DNA from: Vibrio alginolyticus NBRC 15630 = ATCC 17749
GTDB lineage: Bacteria; Pseudomonadota; Gammaproteobacteria; Enterobacterales; Vibrionaceae
Assembly: GCF_000354175.2 (NCBI RefSeq)
Contig: NC_022359.1
Coordinates: 30,001 to 62,000, forward strand
Reading direction: 5' to 3'
Length of the DNA: 32,000 bases
Position numbers and translations under genes: made by a program. Numbering within the stretch: the first letter of the stretch is position 1; every line of letters starts with the position of its first letter. This document shows, one piece after another, positions 18,692 to 27,050 of this stretch. The notes under the pieces were generated by a model. It saw only the letters and a list, made by a program, of their open reading frames with translations. It was not told the origin of the DNA and made no database searches.

Positions 18692-19525
18692 ATGAAGTAT
18701 TCAATCTCTCGACAATTTGAAAAGAACCGAGAACTCCAAGCTGATAATTTTGTTTTAGTTTACCAAATGGGCAAAGTTGGCTCCTCATCAATTGAGCACA
18801 CGCTAGGGGAGAAAAATATCCCGAGCTATCACATCCACACCTTTGATGATCACGAAGAATTTCACATGTATCACAATAAAAAAGACGTGAGTAAATTCTT
18901 CGACTTCCGAAACCGCGCACTCTATCGCTTAGTGCTCAAGCAGCGAAAACGTATCTTACAAAAACGCGAGCAGATTAAAATCGTTACGCTGGTCCGCGAT
19001 CCAATCGCAACTGTCTTTTCTCGCTTCTTTCAAGATCTCCATTTGCAATTTATCGAAGGCAAAAAGAACGATGCAATTCACCGAGATATGGAAGTCACGT
19101 ATCAGCACCTCGAGCATTGCTTTGATAACTATATCAATCTCAACTATTTTGCGGACTGGTTCGACAACGAGTTAAAGCGTAATTTCAATATCGATGTGAT
19201 GCGCCAAGAGCTGGACAACACTCAACCTTTCTTCACATTCCAGAACGCTCAGGCCAACGTCATGCTAATCAAATGCGAACAGCTCAGTTCTCTTGATAAA
19301 GAAATCGGTGAGTTTCTTGAGTTGCAAGACTTCGTGCTGAAAAACAGCAACGAAGCGAAAAACAAGTGGTACTCCAATATCCACCAACACTTTAAGAATC
19401 ACTACGACTTCTCAAAACTGTTCTATATGTACGATCTTCCCTTGTATCGCCACGTTTATTCAGAGCAAGAGCGTGATGCTTTTAAACACAAATGGATGCA
19501 AACACCAGGGACAAAATCATCATGA
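18692..19525 (+). CDS. Uncharacterised EPS-modification protein with sulfotransferase-like PAPS-binding motifs (paralog 2)
   Basis: 277 aa. It shares these blocks with 15599-16408: FVLVYQMGKVGSS, KIVTLVRDPIATVFSRFFQ, WFDNELK..NIDV and NKWYS. Confidence 0.55.
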   Translation: MKYSISRQFEKNRELQADNFVLVYQMGKVGSSSIEHTLGEKNIPSYHIHTFDDHEEFHMYHNKKDVSKFFDFRNRALYRLVLKQRKRILQKREQIKIVTLVRDPIATVFSRFFQDLHLQFIEGKKNDAIHRDMEVTYQHLEHCFDNYINLNYFADWFDNELKRNFNIDVMRQELDNTQPFFTFQNAQANVMLIKCEQLSSLDKEIGEFLELQDFVLKNSNEAKNKWYSNIHQHFKNHYDFSKLFYMYDLPLYRHVYSEQERDAFKHKWMQTPGTKSS

Positions 19526-20553
19526 AGAAAGTGCTCCATGTTACAGAAGCATTTGGAGGTGGCGTTCAAACCGCCCTCTATAGTTATGTTCACTCATCCA
19601 GAGACGAGCCTTATCAGCATTTCTTGCTAGCCAGAGCCCGAGAAAACGACTTGACCAATGAGAACAACCACCACATTTTCGTACAGACAAAGTGGGTAGA
19701 AGGCGGCTTGCTTCAATTTATTCGCGATGCAAACCACATGATTGCATCACTTGGTCCCGACGTCGTTCATTTGCACTCGAGTAAAGCAGGATTTCTCGGC
19801 CGATTTCTAAAGCTTGGCAAGGCACGCTTGGTTTACACACCGCACTGTTATGCCTTCGAACGTGAAGATATCTCAGAGCTTGCACGCCAGATCTATAAAG
19901 CACTAGAGAAAGTAAAACTGAGCAAAATTGATGTGGTTGCAGGCTGTAGCCAACGAGAATGTGACCTAGCCATTAGCATTGGTGCGAAACGTGCCGAACT
20001 GCTCAACAACTACGTGTCTTATCAAAGTGAAGATCGTATAGAGCGAAACAAGCAAGAAGCGCTGAAGCTCGTTGTACTTGGTCGTGTCGCGCCTCAAAAA
20101 GATCCTCAGTTTCTTATCAGCACATTGCAGTTCCTTAATCGGTATGCGCTTAACCGCCCGATAGAGATCACATGGATAGGTGGCGGTGACCACGTACTCG
20201 AACAGAAATTACGCACTGAAAATGTGGATGTAACGGGCATGCTGCCTCGCGATGAGGTAGTTGAAAAGCTCAAGGGTTCAGACCTTTATCTACATACTGC
20301 AGCATGGGAAGGGATGCCGTTAACCATTCTAGAAGCATCCAAGTTACATCTTCCTATGGTTATTCGGACCATCGGCGCAACCAAAGATCTCAACTACCCG
20401 TTTTTAGCGCTCACACCTGAAGAAATGGCCAAGCAGATCGCGCATTGTGTCAATCATTATGAAGAGATTGATTTTCGCCAATATACAGCAGAATTAAACG
20501 ATGCCTTCAGTGAAGAAAAACAGCGCCTCGCACTCAATAAACTTTACGGTTAA
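19522..20553 (+). CDS. Glycosyltransferase family 4 (GT-B)
   Basis: I place the start at 19522, where it forms an ATGA overlap with the upstream stop (translational coupling). This gives MKKVLHVTEAFGGGVQTA. The C-terminal motif is AAWEGMPLTILEASKLHLPMV. Confidence 0.85.
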   Translation: MKKVLHVTEAFGGGVQTALYSYVHSSRDEPYQHFLLARARENDLTNENNHHIFVQTKWVEGGLLQFIRDANHMIASLGPDVVHLHSSKAGFLGRFLKLGKARLVYTPHCYAFEREDISELARQIYKALEKVKLSKIDVVAGCSQRECDLAISIGAKRAELLNNYVSYQSEDRIERNKQEALKLVVLGRVAPQKDPQFLISTLQFLNRYALNRPIEITWIGGGDHVLEQKLRTENVDVTGMLPRDEVVEKLKGSDLYLHTAAWEGMPLTILEASKLHLPMVIRTIGATKDLNYPFLALTPEEMAKQIAHCVNHYEEIDFRQYTAELNDAFSEEKQRLALNKLYG

Positions 20554-20561
20554 ATGCCCCT

Positions 20562-21868
20562 ATGTTTCACACTGTTCAACAAAAATTACTGTTGATGCCC
20601 AGCGGTAAAAAAAGCTTGTTATCTACTGGATTAAAAACCGCAATCACGCGTGTGTTGAGTGCGCTATTTGCTTTTTTACTGACTCTGATTGTATCGAAGA
20701 CCAGTGACGCTTCGACGGCCGGTCAATTTTTCTTTTATTCAACCTAGTCTCGCTACTCGCTATCGTTTCTCAGCTAGGTTTTGATGTCTCGTTAGTTCGT
20801 TACAATGCGATCGCTTTTAATAACAAAGAGAAGCTTGAACAAAGCCAAAACTATAAAACCGCACTTTATCGAAGTATGGCATTTTGCTTGCTCGCCATAG
20901 GCGTTTTGTTAGCAGGGTTTAATCTGTTTCCAGAACAGCTAAACCAGACTCAATCACCAATGTATGCGATTACTTTATGCTTGCTTTGCATACCTTTCTT
21001 GGTGCTTGCGCAAACCAACAGTCGGGTGCTTCAAGCATGTAGAAAAGTCGTATCATCTCTGTTTGCGTTGCAGCTTGGGGTAAGCATGTTGATGGTCATT
21101 TTTGTCTTTGCCCTAGACTATATCGGTCAGCAAAATATCAACAATCTAATGACCGCACTGCTTTTAGCGAGCATAGGTGTCGCGGTCATATCTAGTGCCA
21201 ATTGGCTTGGCTCAGATCAATATCAAACATCGGCTTTCGTACCAAACAAAAAAATGGTCTCTTCTGCCAAGCAAGTCTGGGTTGGCAGTATCTTCACGAA
21301 TGTTCTTCAATGGGGAAGCCTTGTTATTACGGGCTTTTTTATCTCAACAGCGGAACTCGGTTTGTTAGCCGCAGCCCAACGTACATCACTACTGATTGGC
21401 TTCGTGCTGATTACCATTAACTTTGTGGTCGCCCCGATGTTTGCCTCTCTCTACAAAGAGCGTCAAATGCGTAAACTGCAGAACCTGAGCCGCTTGGCGT
21501 GCCGAGCCAATGTTGGTTTAGCGATTGTACCCGTAATTATTTGCACCCTCTTCCCCGAGTTTGTAATGCAGTTTTTTGGTGAGGAGTTTCTCGCCGCGGC
21601 GCCACTATTAGTCGTCCTTTCTCTGGGGCAGTTAGTCAATGTTGCGACTGGTTCAGTAGGTTTTTTATTATTAATGAGTGGTCATGAGAGAACCATGAAA
21701 TACATTACAATTTCCTCCGGTACGGTGTCCATCTGCCTACTTGTTACGCTTTGCCAAATGTTTGGGGTGATTGGTGCAGCGTGGGCAATGGCAATTGGCA
21801 TGGCTATCCAGAATTTAGCTGCACTGTACTTTGTAAAACGTTACTTAGGCTTCTTTCCAATAGGTTAA
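20562..21868 (+). pseudogene. wzx: Wzx/MOP-family flippase interrupted by a frameshift in a T-tract (or a homopolymer sequencing error)
   Basis: The ORF 20562-20747 (61 aa, frame 3) stops at TAG. Frame 2 is open from 20708 and reads ...IFLLFNLVSLLAIVSQLGFDVSLVRYNAIAF..., continuing into the 330-aa ORF that ends at 21868. Joining the two parts gives about 436 aa, a typical Wzx length with the typical N-terminal pattern. The shift must lie within 20708-20747, which contains a T5 run (20727-20731) and a T4 run (20733-20736). Confidence 0.75.
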
Positions 21869-21870
21869 TT

Positions 21871-22266
21871 ATGGCTTTAATACTGGCACGCACGAGTTTT
21901 GTTTTAGTCCTGATGTTAACCGCTTCACTTTCTTTGTGGAAAAGCTCTGACCTACACCATACCGCTTACCTGCAAATGGAAACCTACTTAGGCGGATCGA
22001 GTACGCTTCACTTTACTTTCAGTTTATTGATCGGCTTTTTATCGGTTTTCACGTTCCCTTCTCTGGTGAGCTCGAATAAAACCGACATTTTTGGGATTCG
22101 TCTTTTGCTACTGCTGTTGGCTATCGTTTCAATGGAAGAAATAAGCCAACTTTTTATTCCAAATCGATCATTTAGTTTTGATGATCTCAGCACCAACTGG
22201 ATAGGCGTTATCTCAGGTTACTTTAGTGCCAAGTTAATTCGCCTCATCCGCGCTCGATCGTTCTAG
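21871..22266 (+). CDS. VanZ-like small membrane protein (last gene of the EPS operon)
   Basis: The ATG at 21871 lies 3 nt after the wzx stop. The protein is 131 aa with four hydrophobic segments and a VanZ-type motif (EEISQLFIPNRSFSFDDLSTNWIGVISGY). Confidence 0.7.
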   Translation: MALILARTSFVLVLMLTASLSLWKSSDLHHTAYLQMETYLGGSSTLHFTFSLLIGFLSVFTFPSLVSSNKTDIFGIRLLLLLLAIVSMEEISQLFIPNRSFSFDDLSTNWIGVISGYFSAKLIRLIRARSF

Positions 22267-22333
22267 TAAGACAGGAATCTCTGGGGTATTTGGGTATATA
22301 ATTACGCCAAACAACCAGACTAACGAGTACATC

Positions 22334-22654
22334 ATGCCATCTCATCCAACCAAGATTACTTTTTTTGAATTCTTAACCCCGTTGATCACGTCAGGCAAAA
22401 AGACGATAACGATTCGAGATGAATCAGAAAGCCATTACGTACCCAATACAGAAGTCGAAGTTTTTACCTTAGAAACGGATCGTAAAGTCTGCGATATCAA
22501 GATACGTTCTGTAGAACCACTTCACTTTGAAGATATTAATGAGTTTCATGCAGAACAAGAAGCCATCGAACTACCAAAACTCAAGCAGTTAATTCGAGAA
22601 ATCTACCCAAATACCGACACGCTCTTTGTTATTGAGTATGAGCTGATTAAATAA
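22334..22654 (+). CDS. yqfB: ASCH-domain protein YqfB (N4-acetylcytidine amidohydrolase family)
   Basis: 106 aa. ITFFEFLTPLITSGKKTITIRDESESHY...FVIEYELI is collinear with the 103-aa E. coli YqfB as I recall it. Confidence 0.85.
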   Translation: MPSHPTKITFFEFLTPLITSGKKTITIRDESESHYVPNTEVEVFTLETDRKVCDIKIRSVEPLHFEDINEFHAEQEAIELPKLKQLIREIYPNTDTLFVIEYELIK

Positions 22655-22662
22655 CCCACAAC

Positions 22663-22685
22663 AAATACTAGACGACTGGTCTAAT
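22663..22685. promoter_or_regulatory. TetR/NemR-type operator copy 1 (upstream of the regulator gene)
   Basis: AAATACTAGACGACTGGTCTAAT, with the palindromic core TAGAC-gactg-GTCTA. The same 23-mer, differing at one base, recurs at 23416-23438. Confidence 0.7.
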
Positions 22686-22704
22686 TCATTCTATAGTACA
22701 CTTC

Positions 22705-23304
22705 ATGAACGCAAAGACGAATGACACACGCCAACATATTCTCGACGTCGGATACGAGTTGATCGTAAACCGAGGGTTCACGAGTGTTGGTCTTTCAGAG
22801 CTATTAAAAAAGGCCGCAGTGCCAAAAGGCTCGTTTTATCATTACTTCAAATCCAAAGAACAATTTGGTGAAGCGATGATTCAAGACTACTTTACTAAGT
22901 ATTTTGAGCGTTTAAACGCACGCTTTACCAATACTGAACTGAGTGGCTACCAACGCCTAATGAGCTATTTCGAAGAAATGGTCAAAGTAGAAGACGACGT
23001 GTGTAATGCGAACAAATGTTTATTGGTTAAGTTAAGTGCAGAAGTCTCCGATCTCTCTGAGTCAATGCGCTTGGCATTACGCCAAGGAGCAGACAAAACC
23101 ATTCAAGCGATAGCGGATTGCATTGACATCGGCATTCAAGATGGCTCAATCCCCAATGGTGACAGTGCGTTATTAGCAAGGCAGATATACTACCTTTGGA
23201 ATGGCGCTAGCTTGCTGAACAAACTTTATCAAGATCAGGCAGCATTGACGCAAAGTCTGACCTATACTCAACACTTACTGCAGAATACGCGCACTTGCCC
23301 ATAA
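22705..23304 (+). CDS. TetR-family transcriptional repressor, NemR-like subgroup
   Basis: 199 aa. The N-terminal HTH is RGFTSVGLSELLKKAAVPKGSFYHYFKSKEQFG. A conserved Cys-containing segment, NKCLLVKLSAEVSDLSESMR, resembles the redox/electrophile-sensing region of E. coli NemR as I recall it. Confidence 0.8.
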   Translation: MNAKTNDTRQHILDVGYELIVNRGFTSVGLSELLKKAAVPKGSFYHYFKSKEQFGEAMIQDYFTKYFERLNARFTNTELSGYQRLMSYFEEMVKVEDDVCNANKCLLVKLSAEVSDLSESMRLALRQGADKTIQAIADCIDIGIQDGSIPNGDSALLARQIYYLWNGASLLNKLYQDQAALTQSLTYTQHLLQNTRTCP

Positions 23305-23383
23305 CGGGCGGCGTGGAAGCAGAATGAACACCCTACACACGTTTCACTGTCAGAAAAAGCGTCAGTGTTAACACAGTAAACCT

Positions 23384-23410
23384 TCCCGCTTTACATAAGC
23401 GGGATATTTT
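23384..23410 (+). terminator. Rho-independent terminator after the TetR gene
   Basis: CCCGCTT-tacat-AAGCGGG followed by ATATTTTG. Confidence 0.6.
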
Positions 23411-23415
23411 GAAAT

Positions 23416-23438
23416 AAATACTAGACGACCGGTCTAAT
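23416..23438. promoter_or_regulatory. TetR/NemR-type operator copy 2 (upstream of the oxidoreductase-GST pair)
   Basis: AAATACTAGACGACCGGTCTAAT, with the core TAGAC-gaccg-GTCTA. It ends 17 nt upstream of the ATG at 23456. Confidence 0.7.
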
Positions 23439-23455
23439 CAACAAGTGAGATAGAT

Positions 23456-24490
23456 ATGACTAACGCAACAAATCGCAGAATAGTACTCGCGTCACGTCCC
23501 CATGGTGCACCGACACAAGAAAACTTTCGTTTAGAAGAGGTAACGAAACCGACTCCGAAAGAGGGTGAAATGCTATTGAGAACGGTTTATTTATCTCTAG
23601 ATCCATACATGCGTGGTCGCATGAGTGATGCCGAATCATACGCTGACCCTGTTGCAATTGATGACGTAATGGTCGGTGGTACAGTTTGTCAGGTAGAAGC
23701 ATCAAACCACCCAGATTACGAAGCAGGTGAATGGGTTCTTGCCTACACTGTTGGCTGGCAAGACTACGCTATCTCAACTGGTGAGATGGTCATTAAACTT
23801 GGTAAAGAACCGCAAAACCCTTCTTACGCGTTAGGCGTTGCAGGTATGCCAGGATTTACCGCGTACATGGGTTTACTCGACATTGGTCAGCCAAAACCAG
23901 GGGAAACCATCGTGGTAGCAGCTGCTACGGGGCCTGTAGGCGCAACAGTTGGTCAAATTGGTAAAATCAAAGGTTGCCGAGTTGTTGGTATAGCAGGCGG
24001 AGAAGAAAAATGCCGTTACGCTAAAGAGGTGCTTGGTTTCGATGAGTGTATTGATCACAGAGCTGAAGACTTTGCAGAACAACTGAAAAATGCCTGTGAC
24101 AAAGGTATCGATGTTTACTTCGAAAACGTAGGTGGCAAAGTATTCGAGGCTGTAATGCCACTTCTGAATACAAATGCGCGTATCCCACTTTGTGGTTTGA
24201 TTTCTCAGTACAACGCGACAGAGCTGCCTGAAGGTACCGACCATCTTCCATTACTAATGGGTAAGCTCCTGACCAAACGAATCAAGGTGCAAGGCTTCAT
24301 CATTTTTGATGATTACGGACATCGTTACGGTGAATTTGCGCAAGATATTAATCAATGGTTGGCAGAAGGAAAGATCCAATACCGCGAACATCTAGTACAA
24401 GGACTGGATAATGCGCCAGAAGCATTCATCGGTCTGTTGGAAGGTAAGAATTTCGGCAAGCTTGTAGTACAGATTAACGACCCATTATAA
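23456..24490 (+). CDS. NADP-dependent alkenal/enone oxidoreductase (zinc-independent MDR; YncB/CurA / LTB4-dehydrogenase family)
   Basis: 344 aa. The N-terminal motif is RIVLASRPHGAPTQENFRLEE, and the nucleotide-binding motif is AAATGPVGATVGQIGKIKGCRVVGIAG. Confidence 0.85.
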   Translation: MTNATNRRIVLASRPHGAPTQENFRLEEVTKPTPKEGEMLLRTVYLSLDPYMRGRMSDAESYADPVAIDDVMVGGTVCQVEASNHPDYEAGEWVLAYTVGWQDYAISTGEMVIKLGKEPQNPSYALGVAGMPGFTAYMGLLDIGQPKPGETIVVAAATGPVGATVGQIGKIKGCRVVGIAGGEEKCRYAKEVLGFDECIDHRAEDFAEQLKNACDKGIDVYFENVGGKVFEAVMPLLNTNARIPLCGLISQYNATELPEGTDHLPLLMGKLLTKRIKVQGFIIFDDYGHRYGEFAQDINQWLAEGKIQYREHLVQGLDNAPEAFIGLLEGKNFGKLVVQINDPL

Positions 24491-24504
24491 AAAGGGATAT
24501 GTAA

Positions 24505-25122
24505 ATGATTAAACTTCACCACCTCAATCAGTCTCGTTCAAAGCGCATCATTTGGTTACTTGAAGAGCTAGATGTAAATTACGAGATTGTACCCTATGTC
24601 CGTGATTCCGTGACCTTCATGGCACCGCCAGAACTAAAAAGTGTTCACCCATTAGGAAAGTCACCTGTTCTTGAAGATAACGGCGAGATTATCATTGAGT
24701 CAGGTGCAATGACCGAATATTTGATTGAGAAATACAGTGACGGAGCCTTTGCTCCTGAGCGTGGTACAAAAGCACACACAGAATATTTGCAATGGATGCA
24801 CTTTGCAGAAAGCTCTGCAATTTTACCTATGCTGCTAAAAATCTTCGTAAGCAAAGAGCCAAATGAAACTCAGTTTTTATCAGGCTATGCCGACAAGGAA
24901 GCAATGAATGTACTAGGCTACTTCGAGCAATCCTTAGAAGGCAAAACTTACCTAGTAGAAGAGCGGCTGACTGGCGCAGACATCATGATGTCTTTCATTG
25001 TCGAATTGGTTCAAAAGTTTGGTTTAGTTAATCACTTCCCTAATATTGAACGTTATGGGAAACAGCTCGCGACACACCCAGCATTTGCAAAAGCTGAACA
25101 ACTTGAAGTGAAGTACTCTTAA
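24505..25122 (+). CDS. Glutathione S-transferase family protein
   Basis: 205 aa. It has a thioredoxin-like N-domain (KLHHLNQSRSKRIIWLLEELDVNYEIV...HPLGKSPVLEDNGEIIIESGAMTEYL) and a helical C-domain. It starts 14 nt after the oxidoreductase stop. Confidence 0.85.
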   Translation: MIKLHHLNQSRSKRIIWLLEELDVNYEIVPYVRDSVTFMAPPELKSVHPLGKSPVLEDNGEIIIESGAMTEYLIEKYSDGAFAPERGTKAHTEYLQWMHFAESSAILPMLLKIFVSKEPNETQFLSGYADKEAMNVLGYFEQSLEGKTYLVEERLTGADIMMSFIVELVQKFGLVNHFPNIERYGKQLATHPAFAKAEQLEVKYS

Positions 25123-25305
25123 TTACTTCCCCCCTTTCGCCCCTTTGATGACACGTAAAACTTCATTTAAGGGGCGATATTACTAGCATCGCAGGCACGC
25201 TAACTGGATAGCGCTCCCCCCCCCAGTCAATCGCTTTCGAGAACGTCGATTGTTATGTCAATCAAGCTAATGTAGTAAATTTCTGATTCTAATATAGTTT
25301 CGACC

Positions 25306-25342
25306 ATAGTCACCATCTATTGAATTGATAAGCAATATCAGT
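25306..25342. promoter_or_regulatory. OxyR-like binding site upstream of the catalase gene
   Basis: ATAG-N7-CTAT-N7-ATAA-N7-CAGT. The first two tetranucleotide elements are perfect and the second two are degenerate. The site lies 74-110 bp upstream of the catalase ATG. Confidence 0.4.
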
Positions 25343-25415
25343 TTTCTCCTCCAGCTTTTCCGTAATAACCTCCTCTACAGTTTCTAAGGTATTGAGCCCT
25401 GGAGGGGGAAGAAAA

Positions 25416-26855
25416 ATGACAAACAAGAAATTGACTACAGCAGCAGGTTGCCCTGTCGCACATAACCAAAACGTTATGACTGCAGGTCCTCGTGGCCCTC
25501 AACTATTACAAGACGTTTGGTTCCTTGAAAAATTGGCACACTTTGACCGCGAAGTGATCCCTGAGCGTCGTATGCACGCAAAAGGTTCTGGTGCTTACGG
25601 TACGTTCACAGTAACGCACGACATCACAAAATACACTCGCGCTAAAATCTTCTCTGACATCGGAAAAAAAACAGAACTATTCGCTCGCTTCACTACTGTA
25701 GCTGGTGAGCGCGGTGCAGCAGACGCAGAACGTGACATCCGTGGTTTCGCACTAAAATTCTACACTGAAGAAGGTAACTGGGACTTGGTTGGTAACAACA
25801 CACCAGTATTCTTCCTACGTGACCCACTAAAATTCCCAGACCTAAACCACGCAGTAAAACGCGACCCTCGCACTAACATGCGTAGCTCTACCAACAACTG
25901 GGATTTCTGGACGTCATTACCTGAAGCATTCCACCAAGTGACTATCGTAATGAGTGACCGTGGTATCCCTGCTTCTTACCGTCATATGCATGGTTTTGGT
26001 AGCCACACATTCAGCTTCATCAACGCAGAAAACGAGCGTTACTGGGTAAAATTCCACTTCAAAACTCAGCAAGGCATCAAAAACCTAACTGACCAAGAAG
26101 CAGAAGCGATCGTAGGTAAAGACCGCGAAAGCCATCACCGTGACCTTTACGAAGCGATTGAGCGTCAAGACTTCCCTAAATGGAAGATGTACGTACAGAT
26201 CATGCCTGAGCTAGAAGCGGATGAAGTCAACTTCAACCCATTCGACCTAACACGTGTATGGTCTCAAAAAGATTACCCACTGATCCCAGTTGGTGAGTTC
26301 GAACTGAACCGTAATCCAGAAAACTTCTACGCAGAAGTTGAGCAATCAGCGTTCAACCCAGCAGCAGTCGTACCTGGTATCGGCTTCTCTCCAGATAAAA
26401 TGCTACAAGGTCGTCTGTTCGCTTACGGCGATGCTCAGCGTTACCGTCTAGGTGTGAACCACCATCAAATACCAGTGAACGCACCTCGTTGCCCTGTTCA
26501 CAGCTACCACCGCGATGGCGCAATGCGCGTTGATGGCAACTTTGGTTCAACACTAGGTTACGAGCCAAACTACAAACAAGAATGGGCAGAGCAACCAGAT
26601 TACTCTGAGCCACCTCTACGCATCAACGGCAACGCTGATCACTACGATCACCGTGTAGACGAAGACTACTTCAGCCAAGCGGGTGACCTATTCCGTCTGA
26701 TGAGTGAAGAGCAACGTCAAACTCTGTTCGACAACACAGCTCGCGCAATGGACGGTGTGCCAGAGTTCATCCAACAGCGCCACGTTCAACACGCATACCA
26801 AGCGGACGAAGCGTACGGCAAAGGTCTTGAAATTGCACTAGGCTTAAACAAGTAA
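25416..26855 (+). CDS. Monofunctional haem catalase (small-subunit, clade-3 type)
   Basis: I prefer the ATG at 25416, which is preceded by GGAGGGGG. Catalase signatures are present: [20 protein letters not shown] (distal His), RFSTVAGERG-like [13 protein letters not shown], and [14 protein letters not shown] (proximal Tyr). Confidence 0.95.
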   Translation: MTNKKLTTAAGCPVAHNQNVMTAGPRGPQLLQDVWFLEKLAHFDREVIPERRMHAKGSGAYGTFTVTHDITKYTRAKIFSDIGKKTELFARFTTVAGERGAADAERDIRGFALKFYTEEGNWDLVGNNTPVFFLRDPLKFPDLNHAVKRDPRTNMRSSTNNWDFWTSLPEAFHQVTIVMSDRGIPASYRHMHGFGSHTFSFINAENERYWVKFHFKTQQGIKNLTDQEAEAIVGKDRESHHRDLYEAIERQDFPKWKMYVQIMPELEADEVNFNPFDLTRVWSQKDYPLIPVGEFELNRNPENFYAEVEQSAFNPAAVVPGIGFSPDKMLQGRLFAYGDAQRYRLGVNHHQIPVNAPRCPVHSYHRDGAMRVDGNFGSTLGYEPNYKQEWAEQPDYSEPPLRINGNADHYDHRVDEDYFSQAGDLFRLMSEEQRQTLFDNTARAMDGVPEFIQQRHVQHAYQADEAYGKGLEIALGLNK

Positions 26856-26893
26856 GCGAACGCTGCAATCATTACACTGTGTGATTTAAAGAC

Positions 26894-26930
26894 GAAAAAA
26901 AGGAGGTGCTCTACAGCACCTCCTGATTTC
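26894..26930. terminator. Bidirectional terminator between the convergent catalase and dehydrogenase genes
   Basis: AAAAAAA-AGGAGGTGCT-ctac-AGCACCTCCT-gatttc. The stem is 10 bp. The U-tract is better on the minus-strand reading. Confidence 0.7.
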
Positions 26931-27050
26931 AAATCACTAATCCTTAATCACAAGTCACAAAACATGCTCAAGGTGATTCATTATGATTAACTTAGATTTC
27001 TTTAAGCTCTTTGATACCAAAGAACTGTTTATCTATTACTGATTCATCAA

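Noticed and set aside
21751-21870. Upstream start (21751) for the VanZ-like gene, and internal ORFs 21177-21368 and 21202-21420
   Set aside because: They overlap the wzx coding frame. The ATG at 21871, directly after the wzx stop, gives a typical hydrophobic N-terminus.
25137-25177. Hairpin TCGCCCCTT-N23-AAGGGGCGA after the GST gene, considered as a terminator
   Set aside because: The loop is large and there is no U-tract on either strand. It may still pause or terminate transcription, but I cannot support a call.
25392-25415. TTG start for catalase at 25392
   Set aside because: The ATG at 25416 is preceded at proper spacing by the GGAGGGGG Shine-Dalgarno sequence, which would otherwise be inside the coding sequence.
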